Below, piece after piece: positions 1 through 14,905 of a stretch of 64,000 nucleotides of DNA. This DNA is from Nymphaea colorata. Taxonomy: Eukaryota. Each line of letters starts with the position of its first letter. Within the stretch, counting starts at the first letter, position 1. The position numbers and the translations under genes are program-made. The DNA is taken from assembly GCF_008831285.2 (NCBI RefSeq), contig NC_045138.2, positions 35,898,001 through 35,962,000 on the forward strand, written 5' to 3'. The notes beneath the pieces are model-generated. The model was given only the letters and a program-made list of their open reading frames with translations, had not been told where the DNA came from and searched no databases.

Positions 1-2827
1 TCTCTTCATCAATTTCTTTTTCTAGAGCAATTTGCTGCAATTTCTTTCTTTTATAATGCCACTTGCCATTCTTATTTCTTGGAGTGGACATATGCACTTG
101 CGCATTTAGTTTCCATACTTCATATGGGGTTTAAACGGTTAAGAACTGAATGTCCGACCGGTAAATAAATATAAACATGCAGATTCGACAAGAAATTTTT
201 TTTAGTCTGAATTTGGTTTCTGATCTAAAGATATGCCCAAAAATATAATTCCAAATGGGTGCAAAATGTTGGATTCCAGATTTGCCCAATTAGGGTTTAC
301 AGTTTATCTGGTTCACATCCAACTCTTGAATCAAAGTCCCAGTCTGATTGTGCTGTGGTTGAGTTCAATTTTGTATCCCCGAAAATGACAGTCGTATTCT
401 TGGTAGCAGCGCCACCAGTTCCCCCTTTAAACCAAATGCAAGAGAAGCGGCGCAGACACATAAAGAGAAAAGAAGGGGCCTGATGGCTTCTGCAGTTAAC
501 TGGAAAAACATTCTACCACCACCATGAAAGGAGTCTGGCAGAAATGATGTGTTGCTCCTGACTGGAAAGAAGGGCTACTGTGATCTGTTCACTTAGAGCA
601 ATGACAGAGGTGCAGTACAATGCAACCCAACAAAGCATCAGGATGCCATTATTTCTGTTGAAAGCGAACTGCGCACCTCTCTTTTATGTTCAAAAGGGGA
701 ATAAGAGAGAAAAGATGTCGAACGAAAAAAGGAAAAAGAGAAAGAAAGCTTAGGCATGGCAATAAGAGTACTCTGTTTAGGAGTTGGACTTCCAAGACAT
801 TGAAGTTGGATTGAAGAAAGTCAAAAGTTCAATAATTGCTGCTGAATGCCCATCTAAAAACAAGGCTAACACGTACTTCTGCCATCTTGGTACAACTTAA
901 CAATCATAGCCAACTGAAAACTAATAAAAATTGAAGTTCCTGTTTTCTCCAACTGCCAAAATACCCATTTTAATTGTTACGGCTCCAGTGACGTGAAGCT
1001 TGAGGTTCAGCTCCAAGGTCATGATGCCCGACAATTCTCAGAAGTGGACATCGACTATGTTTAACATGCATGAAAGAATCACGTAGTCGGATACAAACAA
1101 GTAATCTCAAGTAGCAAAATTTTGCAAACTATTATCAATGTGGTTGCTGGTTAGAGTTAACCTTCGAAGAAATGGCATTTCCTAAAAAGAAGATGAAATT
1201 TTAACCACCGACAGAGAGGTGCTGAGTTTTGAAAAATGAGAAAGAAATGAAAGAGAGTGTAGATGAAACGAAATGATTCAGGTTGACAGCATAATATGAA
1301 ATATAAACAGCCGAATATCCTAAAAATTAAAAAGATTATTAGGAGCAGGCTCAGGCAGGCAGCAGCACAAGCGGTAACCCAATTTATGAAATAATGATTC
1401 AGTCACGGTTTCCATGATTTCTATCTAGATTCTTATAGCTTTTAATTAAAGTGACTGAATTGTTTCTGGTCAATGTACGATATCCATCTACAACCATCAA
1501 TGTTGGGATCACATAGTTAATTTTCCTAGCAATAGAAGTAGCCAATAAATACATGCAATTATTACAGCTGCAACTTTTAAAAGCTTTTCCACAGTTGGTG
1601 GACTCTCGATTTCAGCATTGACTCATGCAATAGCCTATGGGCGCATCATATCACCAGTCATATATATGACTGCCTAACACTTTCTTCCCCTATGAAGTTT
1701 TCGTCATTTCTATCGACAATCTTCGGATATGTGAAGCTAACAGAGGAAGCAAAAAAGGATTACAGATGACAAAATTAAAATTGCAGAAACATTTTGTACC
1801 ATCGCAGTGTTATTCCCTTTAGGTTTCTGAAAACGCATGTGGCCCAGGGCGCCCAACTCCTCCTTTACAAGCAAATATGACCAACCTGAAAGTTCATTCA
1901 TATGAAAGACAGAGAACAGCAAACTGTTTGCTGAAGACCATGCTTTCATGTTCCAAACTGAAGGACAGATAAATTTTGTCCATGAAGTGTTTTTCATGCA
2001 TTCAAACTCAGTGGTTATCCAGATTTTCGATGGTTCGTTTTTCTCATTTTCCAATGTAGATGCTGAACAGAGGCGGATGTCAAGTTCCACTCCTGTCGTT
2101 GAGCACATCTAACTGGAGTTACTGCACTCACCATAGAAACTTTGTGTGAGTGCATGTGTGGAGAGATTGAGACTTTTCAAAAATTTCCAGTCTGAATTTT
2201 CTTTTACAGAAACAAAAGAAGGTTTTCCTTTCCCCTGTCGATCATCTCATGTCACACAAACAGGGAAAGGTTTGTCCTTGAGAAATTCTGCGAAGAGCAA
2301 CTTGGCAAGGCAAAATTTTCCTTCCCACTTGACAAATCTGATTCAAATTCACTTTCAAGAGTGACAAATCTAGTTTCACTTCCTACACCGACTCACCGAG
2401 CAGAAAAGTCCCAATTCAAAGGGAAAGCAGACAAAGACCAAGATTAGCTTTTCATTCCCAGAATCGATCCCGAGCAACCAAAGAATCTAACGCGGGAGCA
2501 GTTACAAAAGAAACATGAAAAGGAAAAACCAAGAAAACAGTTCGGAAAAGATTTCCTAGACCCAAAGTCAGAAGAACCATCCTCAAAGAACACAATTCCA
2601 AACGGAACGAAATCGTGGATCGGGGTCAGCGGACAGGGGAGGGGAGGATGGAGATCGGTGATCCGAGCGACAACGCTATCGACGAACCAACTCGCTCCGA
2701 GTTTCTACTTTCTACCAGGAGGATCGCTACCAATCCGATTTGGGTGCCGGTGACCCAAATTGGTGAGAATCTAATCTAAATTTCTTTTCGGTTCAAACCA
2801 TTATACATATCCTTTTATTTTCTAGAA

Positions 2828-2859
<32 letters not shown>

Positions 2860-3986
2860 ATTTTTTGACAATTCACAATCGATTCAGTGAAGCGGCTGCC
2901 AAACAGTTTCAGTTCGATTCCTCGCTGGATTTTTACCTCTTCTTTCAAGAGCAAGCAGGTTCAGATTTACCTTGAACCTCATTTTAAAAGTAGAAAACAA
3001 AATAAGAAAAAGATGTAAATTGGGTGATAATACACCAGAAAAGTCAAAATTTTCTTGCATTGGATTCCGTCATTGATTTCATTTAACTTGTCCGGAAGTG
3101 CATGCCAATCAATATCCATAAATGGACCAAGGACTAAAAGGACGAATGCCCGATACAGCTCCAATTGGATCTCCCAAGGGACCACAACAAGAGCTATTTG
3201 TTTGCACATCAAAAATCACATAACCGAATCGGATCCAAGCATGAACTCACCCAAAACCTCAGTACTTTCTCCCTCGCATAGAAGAAGAGGGAGGTGAAAC
3301 AAACAATGTCCCAGATACCAAGAGCATTCTGAGAATATCAACAAATTTCACACAATTTTTTACAGAGAATCCTCCAAAAGGTTGAATGAAATTCTGACGC
3401 GATTGTAGCTCATTACCAAGATAAAGATTCTTACCGTGTCTTTGTATTTGTATATTAGAGATCTCGCATGATACTATGCAATTTCACGTTGAATTTTTAA
3501 CTTCTTGCTAGTCACATCTAGTAAAAAAAAAGGAAGAAAATGTCACCACCAAGAAGTCCCTAGGGAGGAGGTCCTCAAGCAAGTGGTCGTGTGTTAACCA
3601 TGACGACGCAGCAAAAGAGGAAAAGAAAATGAGAACAGAAAAGCATGCCAGCCTTTGATTTGAATAGAGCAAAAAAAGAAAAGGAAAGCAAGCCAAGAGG
3701 ACAAATCAATACCACCACTCAACTTCAATTAATCTGCATCCAGTTCCAAACCCCACAATACCACCAACGAGGCGTCACCCAAACAATAAATCAATTGCAT
3801 GGAAAGAAGAAAGAATGGAGGGTTAGAGCACAGACTCAAAAAAACCCAGGGAAAGGAAGACTGGCATCTGAAAGCTGAGACCATCTAAGATACATGGCCT
3901 TCCCATGGCTCCGCAAAGAGATTGCTCTTCAGTTACGCTGAATCAGTAGATAATGTACATGCGAATCTGCACATCTGTTCACAGTC

Positions 3987-6900
3987 TCATAGCACCACAG
4001 AGTTCAGATCATCAAAGACCATCCTGATATTGGGTCTTTCAGATGCTGGAAGAATGCATCTGAGAGAGACTTCAAGCATGGTCTCCAGCCCTCTCCGATG
4101 CTCACCAGGGCTTTCAACCCCAGGAATTAGCTGGTCGAAACACTCACTCCTTCGATCTTCAGTAGCCAACAGTTTGACCCAGTCGGTGAGATCAACAACC
4201 CCAGAGTTTGCAGATATTATCTCTCCAGCACATTTTCCAGTCAAGATCTCCATTAGGATCACACCAAAAGCATAAACATCCGCTTTTAGAGATGGGAGTG
4301 GCTTTTCTGCAAGGGCCAGTTCAGGGGCTCGATACCCAAGTGCACCAGCATTTAGTATCTGTTCTGCTGTGCCAGCAGGTGACATCAGACGGTGAAGGCT
4401 GTAATCAGTCAGGACAGCATTCAAGCTGGGAGGTTCAAGCAAGATGTTTGTCGCTTTAAGATTTCCATGTGGAAGGCCTCCCTCATTGTGAAGGTAGTTG
4501 AGACAGCAAGCAACATCAATAGCCACCTTGAGGCGTTGATTTGCAGAGAGTGGTGGAAGCTTCCTAGACTCAGGCTCTGTGGATAAGGTGTACAAACAGA
4601 ATACAAAAAGGAGTTAGTCTGCCTGTTGACAGTAATACCAACACCCAGGACAACGGAAATTGAGATCCAAGGATTTGGCTGACACAGCCCACTCAAAGGC
4701 ATTTTAGAAGTAAGATCAAAGGCAACTAGAATCTAATGCAACCAAGTCCAAAGAGCACTTCAGATGTTCATACTACATTCCCTCCAATCGTAAAGCATCA
4801 GAAACCAAATAAGTAAATACTGGAATGGAACTAAAGGTTAAAACATAAAAAGATTCCGGAAAAAATGAGGAAATATGATCTGGTGATTTTGAGATCTCAA
4901 CGAGCAAAAAATGTTTAGCACGAGAGACATCTTACCAAAAAGGTAGTGAGCCAAAGTATGTGCACTGATATAATCTGACACAATGAGCTTCTCGTGTTCC
5001 TTTGGACCCCAATAGTAGCCCCTAAGGGAAACAATATTTGGATGCCTGATGCTTCCAAGCTTCTTTGCTTCCCTAGCAAATTCCTTCCTGCGTTTAGCAA
5101 GACCTTCTCGGAGCCATTTTACTGTCAGCATATGGCCATTGTCAAGTGTAGCTTTGTAGGATGTTCCATGGCTGCTTCTACCAAGGACTTCTGCAGGTGC
5201 ACGTGAGAGTTCCTCAGCAGAGAACACGAAAGAGGTATCAAAGAAATGCAGATCCCCAGCCAACCTATCAGGTGAGGGCACCTTCAAGCTAGCAGGATTC
5301 TCAGACAATGATGAGGCATCAGCAGACGGTGAACATGAAAAGCCAAGAGATGTTCTCTTCGAACTGCGAGGAGGCAAACTTTCCCCTGCACAAGATTTTG
5401 CAGTTTGGACAGGTCCTTTTGTTGACTGGGAAAATCCTTGTTCAACAGGTTCACTTACAGCCAGAGCAACATCCCCAAGTGCAGACAGTGATCTCCCTTC
5501 AGAAGAAAGAAGGTGATCAGTAGAAAAGCTTGAAGACGTTGGCATAGCCTCTGCATTTTTCTGAAATCCGAAAGCATGTGGCCTAGAAGATCTGTCAATA
5601 TTGACATCCCTCCCACTGATTTTATTGTTAGAATTCTGTTGATCATCCCTTCTGTAAGGTCTAGGCTTGTAAGTAATAAGCAGAAACAATATTAGTATAA
5701 CAATTGCTCCACCTATTGAGCCTGCAATCAGTGCCTCCAAAACCACACGCTTCAAATGGTTCTGATGTTTTCCCTTGTCATCATGATCTGGTCCATCTTT
5801 GGGTGAAGGAGACAACAAAATTAACAAAGGGTTTCCTGGATGAAATGAGGAATCAGGAAACTTCAACAAATTATCAGGAACATTGCCAGACAAGTTATTG
5901 TAAGACACATTGAATTCTTGAAGTCTTGGAGAAAAACCATCAGGGATGCTACCATTTAGATGGTTGTTAGACAGATCAAGATAGACCAAGTTTTTAAGCA
6001 TACTTATTTCACTGGGAATTGGTCCTGAAAAATCATTCTTGTTAAGATCCAGTACTTGTAGATTGACAAGGCTACCAATATCAGGAGGCAACAAGCCACT
6101 CAGCAAGTTATTAGAAAGGTCAAGAACATCAAGGCTTGAATTTTGGCTAGGAAGCAAAGGTGTATCTGATGGTGCAGAAATATATGCTTGGGAGCTCAGG
6201 AAAGTGATTGATCCAGTAAAGTGGTTTCCAGAAAGATTTACATAGGTCAATGTTGATGATGTGAAGATGCCTGTCAGAAGATGTCCGGTCAGTTTGTTAT
6301 GACTAAGATCAACATGATTTAGCTTTGGGTAAGTTTCCATTACGTTGGGAAGTTCTCCTTCCAGTGAATTGTTGGACAATTTTATGGTGGTCAACCTCAA
6401 AAATTTAGAAGTTTGATTTGGCAAGGTTCCTGACAATGAATTTGAACTGAGATCAACAAATTCAACATAGTTCCCCCATGACTGAATGCCAGTTATATTG
6501 CCTGAGAGCTTGTTATTACTTAAATCCACAACAGCACAATTTCCTATTGACTTGGGCAAGGTGCCTGCCAGCTCATTTGAGGAAAGATTCAGCACCTTTA
6601 AGGTTGAAGATGTAATGCTAGAAACAGGGCCTGCAGAATGGGAAACAGAAATTTAGCCAATCAACATAGTAGGCAGTCTATATCAATATAGTAGATTATT
6701 AAACATAACACTGCCATAATAATTCTGCACGTAGAAAATTAGATATTCTTTGGTAGATTGGTCTTAAGGCTTTTTTGCCAAACTATAATGCAACAAAGGA
6801 ATGCTTTTTTTTTTCCCATTCAAAGTGAGGGATCAAACAAGTCAAAATGATATTAAAGAACAAAGATGAGAACCACACACGAATAGTCCAGTGCAAGGTA

Positions 6901-9549
6901 ATTCCAACCGAGCTTCTGATCTACCATAGACCAACAACCATATCGCTTCATGATTTCATCAATTTCCTTTTTGTACATTACGATCAGTTTATGCAAAACC
7001 AAGACAGTTTCGTCCAGATGGTGGAGTTGGACCTACTTTAGAAAACTGACTACCAGCGATTGAGCTTTGAACAGTAGAAAATCAGCAGCATATGGATCTT
7101 GGATAGAAACGTGTGCCGTTAACAAGTTGAACAAACAAACCACCATAAGGGTGCTGCATTGGGTTAAGAAAGCCCGCAGCCAGCTTGAAGCTCACTCGAT
7201 GATGAATGACATAGAAAAATTTATGTTAGTATGTGTAAAACATTTTCTTACATATAAAAGAGTAGGCCATGTTTGAACTTGTAAGCAGAAGCAGAAGCAG
7301 AAATAAGCTTACTAAAACGTCAACAGTTAATTGAATATTCTTACTCTTGACACATAAAAGGAGTAATAAACTTACTAAAAATAAATGTGACTATTCCTAC
7401 AAAAACTGTGAAGATAGGTATCTAAAATATGCTTTAATTTATTAGAAAATAAAGTCTAAAGCTAGATTAATGCAGTATATATATACGTCAATGCACAACA
7501 TGGGGAGTGTTTGAGAGTCTCCCCTTTGGCCGAGCTACAATAATTTCCCAATAAATCAGTATAACTTTGGAGTAATGTTAACAAAGTTCAAAATCAATTT
7601 TTTTGGAAAGAAGGATTTAAAAAGTTGTTCAACACAATTAGAAAAGGAACTTGCTTTTGGCACCAGGGAAACTGCATAGTAACATGCATGTCACATAGGA
7701 ATGCTATCTCTAAATGTCATGTGAAAAAAATTAATGACCAACAGCAAACTTGTTCTAGTTCCCCAAGAGAAGAGTCCTAAAAATATCAGCAATTTTCATT
7801 TTCATCATGCCAATCCTCTAATGGTTTCAAAGGCAAGAAGTATAAAACAATGTAAAGATGACACTAAAAAGCAAAAACACAACCGACTGTTCAACTAGGG
7901 ATAGCATGACATATCTGGTAAGAACAGCTATTAAGACCTCATAGTTCAATCTGATCTCCACCTTTTTCAATTACCCATACTGGAATGCAAGCACCTTAAT
8001 TGTAATGAAGATGAATGCAATTATAGTTTTTGAAAAGGAAATCACATTGAAGTCTTTATGAGATCCAGATAGTATGCCTATATTTGTAAACATACAAGGT
8101 TGTGATAAATGAAGAATTTCATGGCATGACTGTCAAGCTTTATTGATTCGCGGGAAGTTTCACTATTCAACTAGGGACAAAGTGCCAAAGCAAGTTATGA
8201 AAATCTATGTGCAAAAAAGAGGTGAAGCTAAGTTGTGAGAGGACCCTATAAGCATTCTCATCCTACGGATTAACATATATGATCATCAGTGGAAGTGGAC
8301 CCTACATTACAAGACTCAATTACCCCCTCACACTTACCAATATCTTTTATTATTTCTCATACAACTCAAGGACATAAATATGGTTCCTAATTGTCATGCT
8401 GACAAATACATTTGTAACTGTCCTAAGGCTGGCACAGAGTAGAAATAAACGGGATTCAAGAAAGAACGAGTAAAATGGTATATGCATAAATTTTCATGGG
8501 TCTAAAATTTCTTTCCACAGAGCTGAACTGAAGCAATAATAGTTCTCAAATACACTATGCCAAGAAACGCAAAAGCAAGCACCATCAAGACTAAAGGAGC
8601 ACAGACAGTCACCTTGGAACCGGTTGAGGCTAAGATCCAGTTCACTCAAGACCATAGAATTTTCTTTAAAGAGTACTACGGGCAGATCCCCCGAAAATAG
8701 ATTACCCTGAAGCCGCAGAACTTGAAGAGCAAACATGGAACTAAAAGCAAGGATGTCACCAGAGAGCTGATTAAAACTTGCATCAAACACTTGCAAGTTG
8801 TCAAACAACGGCTTCACATTGGGAGTGAAAAGCGACCCAGACAACAAATTGTGGCTCATATTCATGTGCCCGATTGACCTAATAAACGTGAGATTGTTTA
8901 TATTTTTTGGAAATGATCCACTGAACTTATTGAAACTGAGATCAACAAGAACCACATTCTGCAACTGCGAAAACCAACTGCCTATATCACCCTCTAAGTT
9001 GTTCGCGTGCAGATCAATGTACGTCAATCGGTGAAGCTTCTCAAAGCCAGAAGGGAGGTTTCCACTGAGGTTATTTGATGACAGATTCAGATAAGCCAAA
9101 CTCTGCAGGTTGGACAAGCTGCTAGGCACCTTCCCATCCAAGAAGTTACCAGATAGATCCAAGTACTCTAATGATGCCATCGACCCAATGTCTGGTGTAA
9201 GTCCACCACGAAGAAGGTTGTTCGGCAGCGAGAAATTGCCGAGAGTTTTCAGTTTACTGATCATCGAGAAGTTCACAGTCCCCACCAAACCTGCACCGGG
9301 CAATGTAATCTTGGTGACTGACCCATTTTGGCATTCGATCCCGAACCAATTGCTGGGGCAACCATTTGAATCAACTGAATCTTTTTTCCAAGAATCCAAA
9401 TGACCAAACGGGTCCTTCTCAATCCCTTTCTTGAACTCCAGCAAATAATCCAGTTCAGACTGCCCCAGTGAAGAATCCAAAGCACAGAAAACAACCAACA
9501 AAGCCACCCACCAGAAGAACTGCATCCTAAAACCCGAGATCCCAACCAT
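3987..9549 (-). CDS. LRR receptor-like kinase, probable inactive kinase (At5g10020/GHR1-like group), 3 coding exons, ~1073 aa
   Basis: Exons 9549-8613, 6630-4936, 4576-3987 with GT..AG ends and matching phases (3222 nt). Signal peptide, LRRNT (CPSNWFGIEC), many LxxLDLSxNxLSG repeats, TM (ALIAGSIGGAIVILILFLLI), kinase domain with GRSSHG, HGNLK, DYS, GYRAPE. Confidence 0.95.
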
Positions 9550-12500
9550 ATGAAACCCCCAAAGAAGAACACACCCTAGCCCTAACCCTTATCACGCCCA
9601 CCCAAAAAATTTCATTCACACCAAACCAATAGAAAATACATACCAGAACAGACTCGCTGGAAAGAAAACAAAACCCATGGCAGGATGGCTAAAAATTCGA
9701 TCCACCAACAACCCCAGTCCTGAAATTGCTCATGGATTCAAACCCCTGACTGAATCCAGCGTAAATGGCCGCCGCATGCAGCATTCAATGCATATGATAA
9801 ATGCAAAAAATAACTAAAACATCAACAATCAATCAAAGACATCACAATTCCGGACCCAAAGAAGGCAATAAATACAAAACTGTTCACTGCCTTACTTTTT
9901 GTCACAACAAAACCCACCAAGAAGCTTCTCGACCATGAAGCGTTCCACTCTCTCTCTCTCTCTCTCTCTTTCTTCCCAAGCTTCTCCCCGCACAACAGAA
10001 GCTAAACCCATCTCACTTCCACTCATTTCAGGCAGCTAAGAAAAGTACTTGGGCAAGATGGAATACTATGAAAGAACTGTGCAGAGTGTGTGTGTACTGT
10101 GTACAAGAAAGAGAGAGAGAGAGAGAGAGGAAGCAGAGTTGTAGAGGCCCTTGACGGGGAGAGTTCTACTTCTACCTCTCCCTCCGATGGAATTCATGAT
10201 GCGAGAAGTACGGCTGGCTCTAAAATCTTTTATTTTCTTGTTCTTTTCTCTCTCTGTCGCCTGTATATACGTTTTCTTTTGTAGATTTACTGGAAAAGCA
10301 ACCTTTATATGTCCGAATACGTTGTTGCATAGTTAATGTAGGACCTAATCTGTCAAAGCGTTGTCCTACGGTCGAAGTCAACGCCGGAGATGGCAAGATT
10401 CCGGTCAAAGAAATCGGTGGTGGTGGAGGTGGGGATGGCCATGGATGAAAGCATATGGGATGTGATTGCTCATGAAAAAGCTCTTGCGTTATTCTCAGCA
10501 GTGCGGTTTTCTTCAATCAACGTACCTACCGACCAAACATATGAATTAAGATACATAAACATACGGGGGAGTTTGAACAAAGTACAGAAGCAACGAATAA
10601 AATATATTTGAGAGCACCGCCGGTAATATGACCGCATACTCCAAAAGCCACCGATTTTCTCCCCTCGCATCAAAGCCTTTGTTCATCGCATCTTTGACTT
10701 CCAGTGAGACTCCACAAGAGGTCATACAGCCACGCTTAAACAGTCAATTTTAAATTCACGTTACAAAATAGCTAAACGTACGCAGGCAATTTCGTGTCTA
10801 TTGATATATTTGAGATTTTACAAAAAGGCAAGAAATATTTAAAAAAAAAATAAATGTGGTGGTAAAATCATATATGCCTATTGAAATAAAACTTTTTAAG
10901 ATAAAATTCTGTACAGCTCATCTACACGGTTAAAATTCAAGACGTAAACTCAGAAAATTCTATTTCTAAAATGTAACTGGAGAGTGGGGATGGCATTGCA
11001 CATGGTCTGATATTGCCTGAGCCCAGCGCAGACCCCCCTTTTTTCCCCTGCTGGTGGCCAGTGGGCCCCATCAGGCGAGGGCAATTAAGTCATTTCATTT
11101 GAGTGAAAAAGCTGCAGGCATGATATTGCGTCTGAGCGCAATGACCGGAATGCCCTTAACGTATGAGCTTTCCTTTTTTTCTCCTCCAAAACGTTAAAAT
11201 ACTTTTGTTTCGTATGGTCGCCGGACCCGTCGATTACCTAACCCTTTTGCGAACGTGGCGGGCTATTGACGTGTTGCCTTGACGGTTACGTGTTTCCCGG
11301 CGAGGGCCGCCAAACGGATCGAATCGCGACGTGTGATTGGAAGCACGTTGGATCCGGACAAATCATCAGATCGAGACAGGAGGATCCGAAGGTGTTGCTT
11401 GCTCCTCGACTTGTCCAGTCCAGCCCGAGGAGTCGGAGAGGGAGATGCCAAGAGAGGTTTTCATCGGATCTGGGTTTCTCAAAGGCCAACTCAATTAATG
11501 GATCAATCGGATTCACTTTTGGACCCAAATTACATTGAATTGAAAGTCAGAACTCAGTTCCATTACCGGATCGTATTCAAATTCCGTCAGACATTACTAG
11601 CTTTTCACAAAGTTGGTTTAGACTGTCAGTTCATATGTTTTAAATGCAATCTTTTGTGGTGCTTAAGTGTATCAATTATCCAACCAATTCTACAGAAAAG
11701 AAGAGAGATTTTAACTTATGTTGGATTCAGACTGTAGGCTACCAAATTGGATCCTAATCGATAACTATGTCTTACTTTCAAGATGCTTACCAAGGAGGAC
11801 CGTAAGAGCCTTTTGAAAAATGTTGATCCCGGTTCTCGAATTTCATAATAAATGGAGGGGTCCTCGGAAATTTTTCTTGTTTTTACTCGGACTACTAAAA
11901 TAAAAGACGCGGTTGAACCTCCGATACATTCTTAGGGGTAAATTGGTCATTGTGGGGGGCATGTGGGAGTACAACCTACAAGGTGCTGTTTTTCAACCTC
12001 GGGAAAGATTAAAGAAGAGAAGAATACTATCTCCAAGGTGTCGTTTACTGCGTGTCAGATTCCGGCGAGTCGCCGGATTCCGGTGGACGCCATGAACCGT
12101 GAAACAGTTTTTGGCCCACCTGTCCCTTCTGAATAATGAATTAAATGATGGATGGGAATGGGATCCACCTTCCCATCAATGTTGTTTTTCTTCCCACTCC
12201 TTTAAATGAGGTGGAGCGAGAGACGTGCTTGAACTTTCCAGATTCTCTTCCTCCAATCATGGCCTTTGACGGTTAAGTTAAATGCTTGAACTCGTCTTCC
12301 GCCAATGACACGACCCCACTTCAAGTTGTGGGCTCGAGCCTGGTCAATGATCCCTTCGACCAACTTCTTGGCTCGGCCATCAGGGTTTTAGGTTCAACCC
12401 CAAAGTATATGGCACATGCATTGCTACGGATGCAACATTTATCAAATTCAATTTAATCAACTTTAATCGGATTTGGATTCGGACTCATCCGTCTAGGAGA

Positions 12501-13280
12501 AGACCACAAATAAACCTATATATGAAATGGGGTTGAATCTTTATGATATCATAGTTCGATATCAAAACTGAAGTCTTAATTTGGTTGTAAAATTGCACAC
12601 TAAATTTGAATTTCATTAGTATCAGATACCTTCTTTGTTTTAACCAAATCTAACTAAATGAATTTCAAATCAGATCATTAGTCGATCCATTTGTATTCCT
12701 AGATAGGCTTGAGGAGCATGTCTTTCTACATGTAATCACATGCATGTTTTGCCAAAGGCAAAATCGCCATCTCCAATGTTTGAGAACTTCATCCGATGCT
12801 TCCGTAACTACCATTCAAAGTAAGACTGCCAACCGGGAACTCGGTCACGTTTCAAGGTGAAAACAAACAGGCCCTTGTCCAAAACAAGCTAAGCTTCGAT
12901 CATGGTGAAGTACGCTTACATTGGTCGATTAAATTATATTTCGGGCTACGTGCCCCACTGATAAATGACATGAACTCGACAAAATTCCAATTTTTTTTTA
13001 AGTGGAACAAGAGAATAAAAAATTTTCTTTTATTAGTAATAAAATTTTTTTTTTATCTTTTAAATCCGAAAAAAAAGCTACATTTTTTTTTGGGGGGTCA
13101 GGTTATTGCAAAATGGCCGTACGTGTCAGCGCTCTTGCCAACTTGCACGTGATCGACACGAGGGATGCATGGCCAGAATGGCGCCTTGAAAATTATTAAA
13201 CTTCTGCCGGAGCATCTCCAAATTAATGCAGAAACTATTGGAAAGAGATAACAAGTTTTTGAAATTTCACATATACTACG

Positions 13281-13316
<36 letters not shown>

Positions 13317-13863
13317 CAAGTATATGTTCTTTTAAAGAAGAGGATCTGCCATTGGAGTCATGTGATGCTACATGCTCCCAAAGATCAGAGTCAACTATTA
13401 AAGAATGTGTATATGCTTTTAAGAATACAAAATTGCAAGTTTTTTGGGCCATGGGATCACATGAGATGCGTCCAAGTGGGCAGTGATCGGATGTTAAGTC
13501 CATGACAGGACATATCCAGACGTTTAAACAAACTACAATGATAAAAAAAAAAAAAAATAGTAATTGATGTTACCATAATCTTCTTAAACAGGATGATCAA
13601 AGATCGAAGGCAGAAGAAAAGCAATACTTAAAGCAACAAGTGGAAGATAATCCTTATACAAGTTCTTGGAGATGAAATAAGAATTTGAGCAAGCTGCCAC
13701 GTTACAGATCATGTCTCCTTTTAGAAGCAGTAATGGTGTCTCCTTAATGGGCTCCACTAGATGCGTTCAGATTCTGAGAATGGTGGGATGGGGTGACCTA
13801 AGGACGATAAATAAGTTAGAGATAGTCTATTTATAAAAGCTTGTGCGAAGGAGAAGTCACAAG

Positions 13864-13937
13864 TCCGTTGTCGTCTAGTCCGGTTAGGATATCTGGCTTT
13901 CACCCAGGCGACCCGGGTTCAAATCCCGGCAACGGAA
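13864..13937 (+). tRNA. trnE: tRNA-Glu (anticodon TTC)
   Basis: Acceptor stem TCCGTTG/CAACGGA; anticodon arm TCTGG-CTTTCAC-CCAGG (TTC at 13899-13901); T arm CCGGG-TTCAAAT-CCCGG; TATA-like TATTTATAAA about 30 nt upstream; TTTTT Pol III terminator near 13946. Confidence 0.95.
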
Positions 13938-14569
13938 CTCTTCCCTTTTTGCGAGTTGCGACCACCTCGTCGCTTTGATATTTTTGGGCTGGAGCCTCTC
14001 ACGGTCCAATTCCAGACCTTCCATTGTCCTTAATCATTTAGTAGCATTTTCTTTCTTTTTTCTTTTTTCTTTCCCCACTTCTCAAATTAGCGATCATTCA
14101 TCAATTTCATTGGGTTAGTATTCTTCAAACTGGTGCCATTCTAAGAGTATAACTCAAACACCTTGTCATGAGATAACAATGCCGAAACTCGACCTCAATG
14201 GGCTGAGTTTTCAGACTTGATGCACGCGTTTCCAGCTTGACACGCCTTCACGCCCGTGTTTTACTTAGTATGGGGTACGGTGGAACCATTATATGTAGAT
14301 GCACCCAGTCGTTACATAGACGCAGATGCCCAGTTCAATGATTTTCGGCTTCTGGTTATCCAAGTCAGTCTGCGTTTATCATTGGCCTAAAGTAGTGGAC
14401 ACAATCAGATGACGAACGAACGAGCAGAACAAGCGAGGCTGGACCTGAGTTAGGATTGAAACTGGTTCGCCAGCAAATGTTTCCATGGCAACTGCTACTC
14501 TCCAACATAAACACTACAACAAAGCTCCAAAAAGCAGAAAACAAATATATTTTTGCCGTAGCCAGCCTC

Positions 14570-14605
<36 letters not shown>

Positions 14606-14905
14606 AAGATAGACTTAAAAGCATTACAGAACAGGTAGACGCATTCTCTATTCACTGTTCCATACATGTCCTAGTTAACTGCCCGTGTGCCCATGGACGT
14701 TTGAGCTATAAGAGAACACAACGCTGCATTTCCTCCCCAATACATTCAGAGCATGTCAGTCCTGACTTCAAATAGAAAAAGGGATAAAACATTGGGATGC
14801 TGCAGAAATACAAAATCCTCGTAGCCAAACAGCAAAGGAGACAGATGTACATCGTCAAATGCTGCAAGAGTGAGAACAATGGCAAAATCCGAAGGGCTAT
14901 GCCTT

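Noticed and set aside
806..823. miR159/319-like TTGGATTGAAG
   Set aside because: Only 11 nt match, the 3' half differs, and no convincing precursor arm was found.
10350..10520. Coding-like GC-rich patch ending in a CaaX-like KSSCVIL
   Set aside because: In-frame stops, no stop after CVIL, and no recognisable homology or exon structure.
10990..12100. GC-rich segment with short inverted repeats and ORFs up to 152 aa
   Set aside because: No recognisable protein, TIR pair or TSD; at best a decayed DNA transposon or regulatory region.
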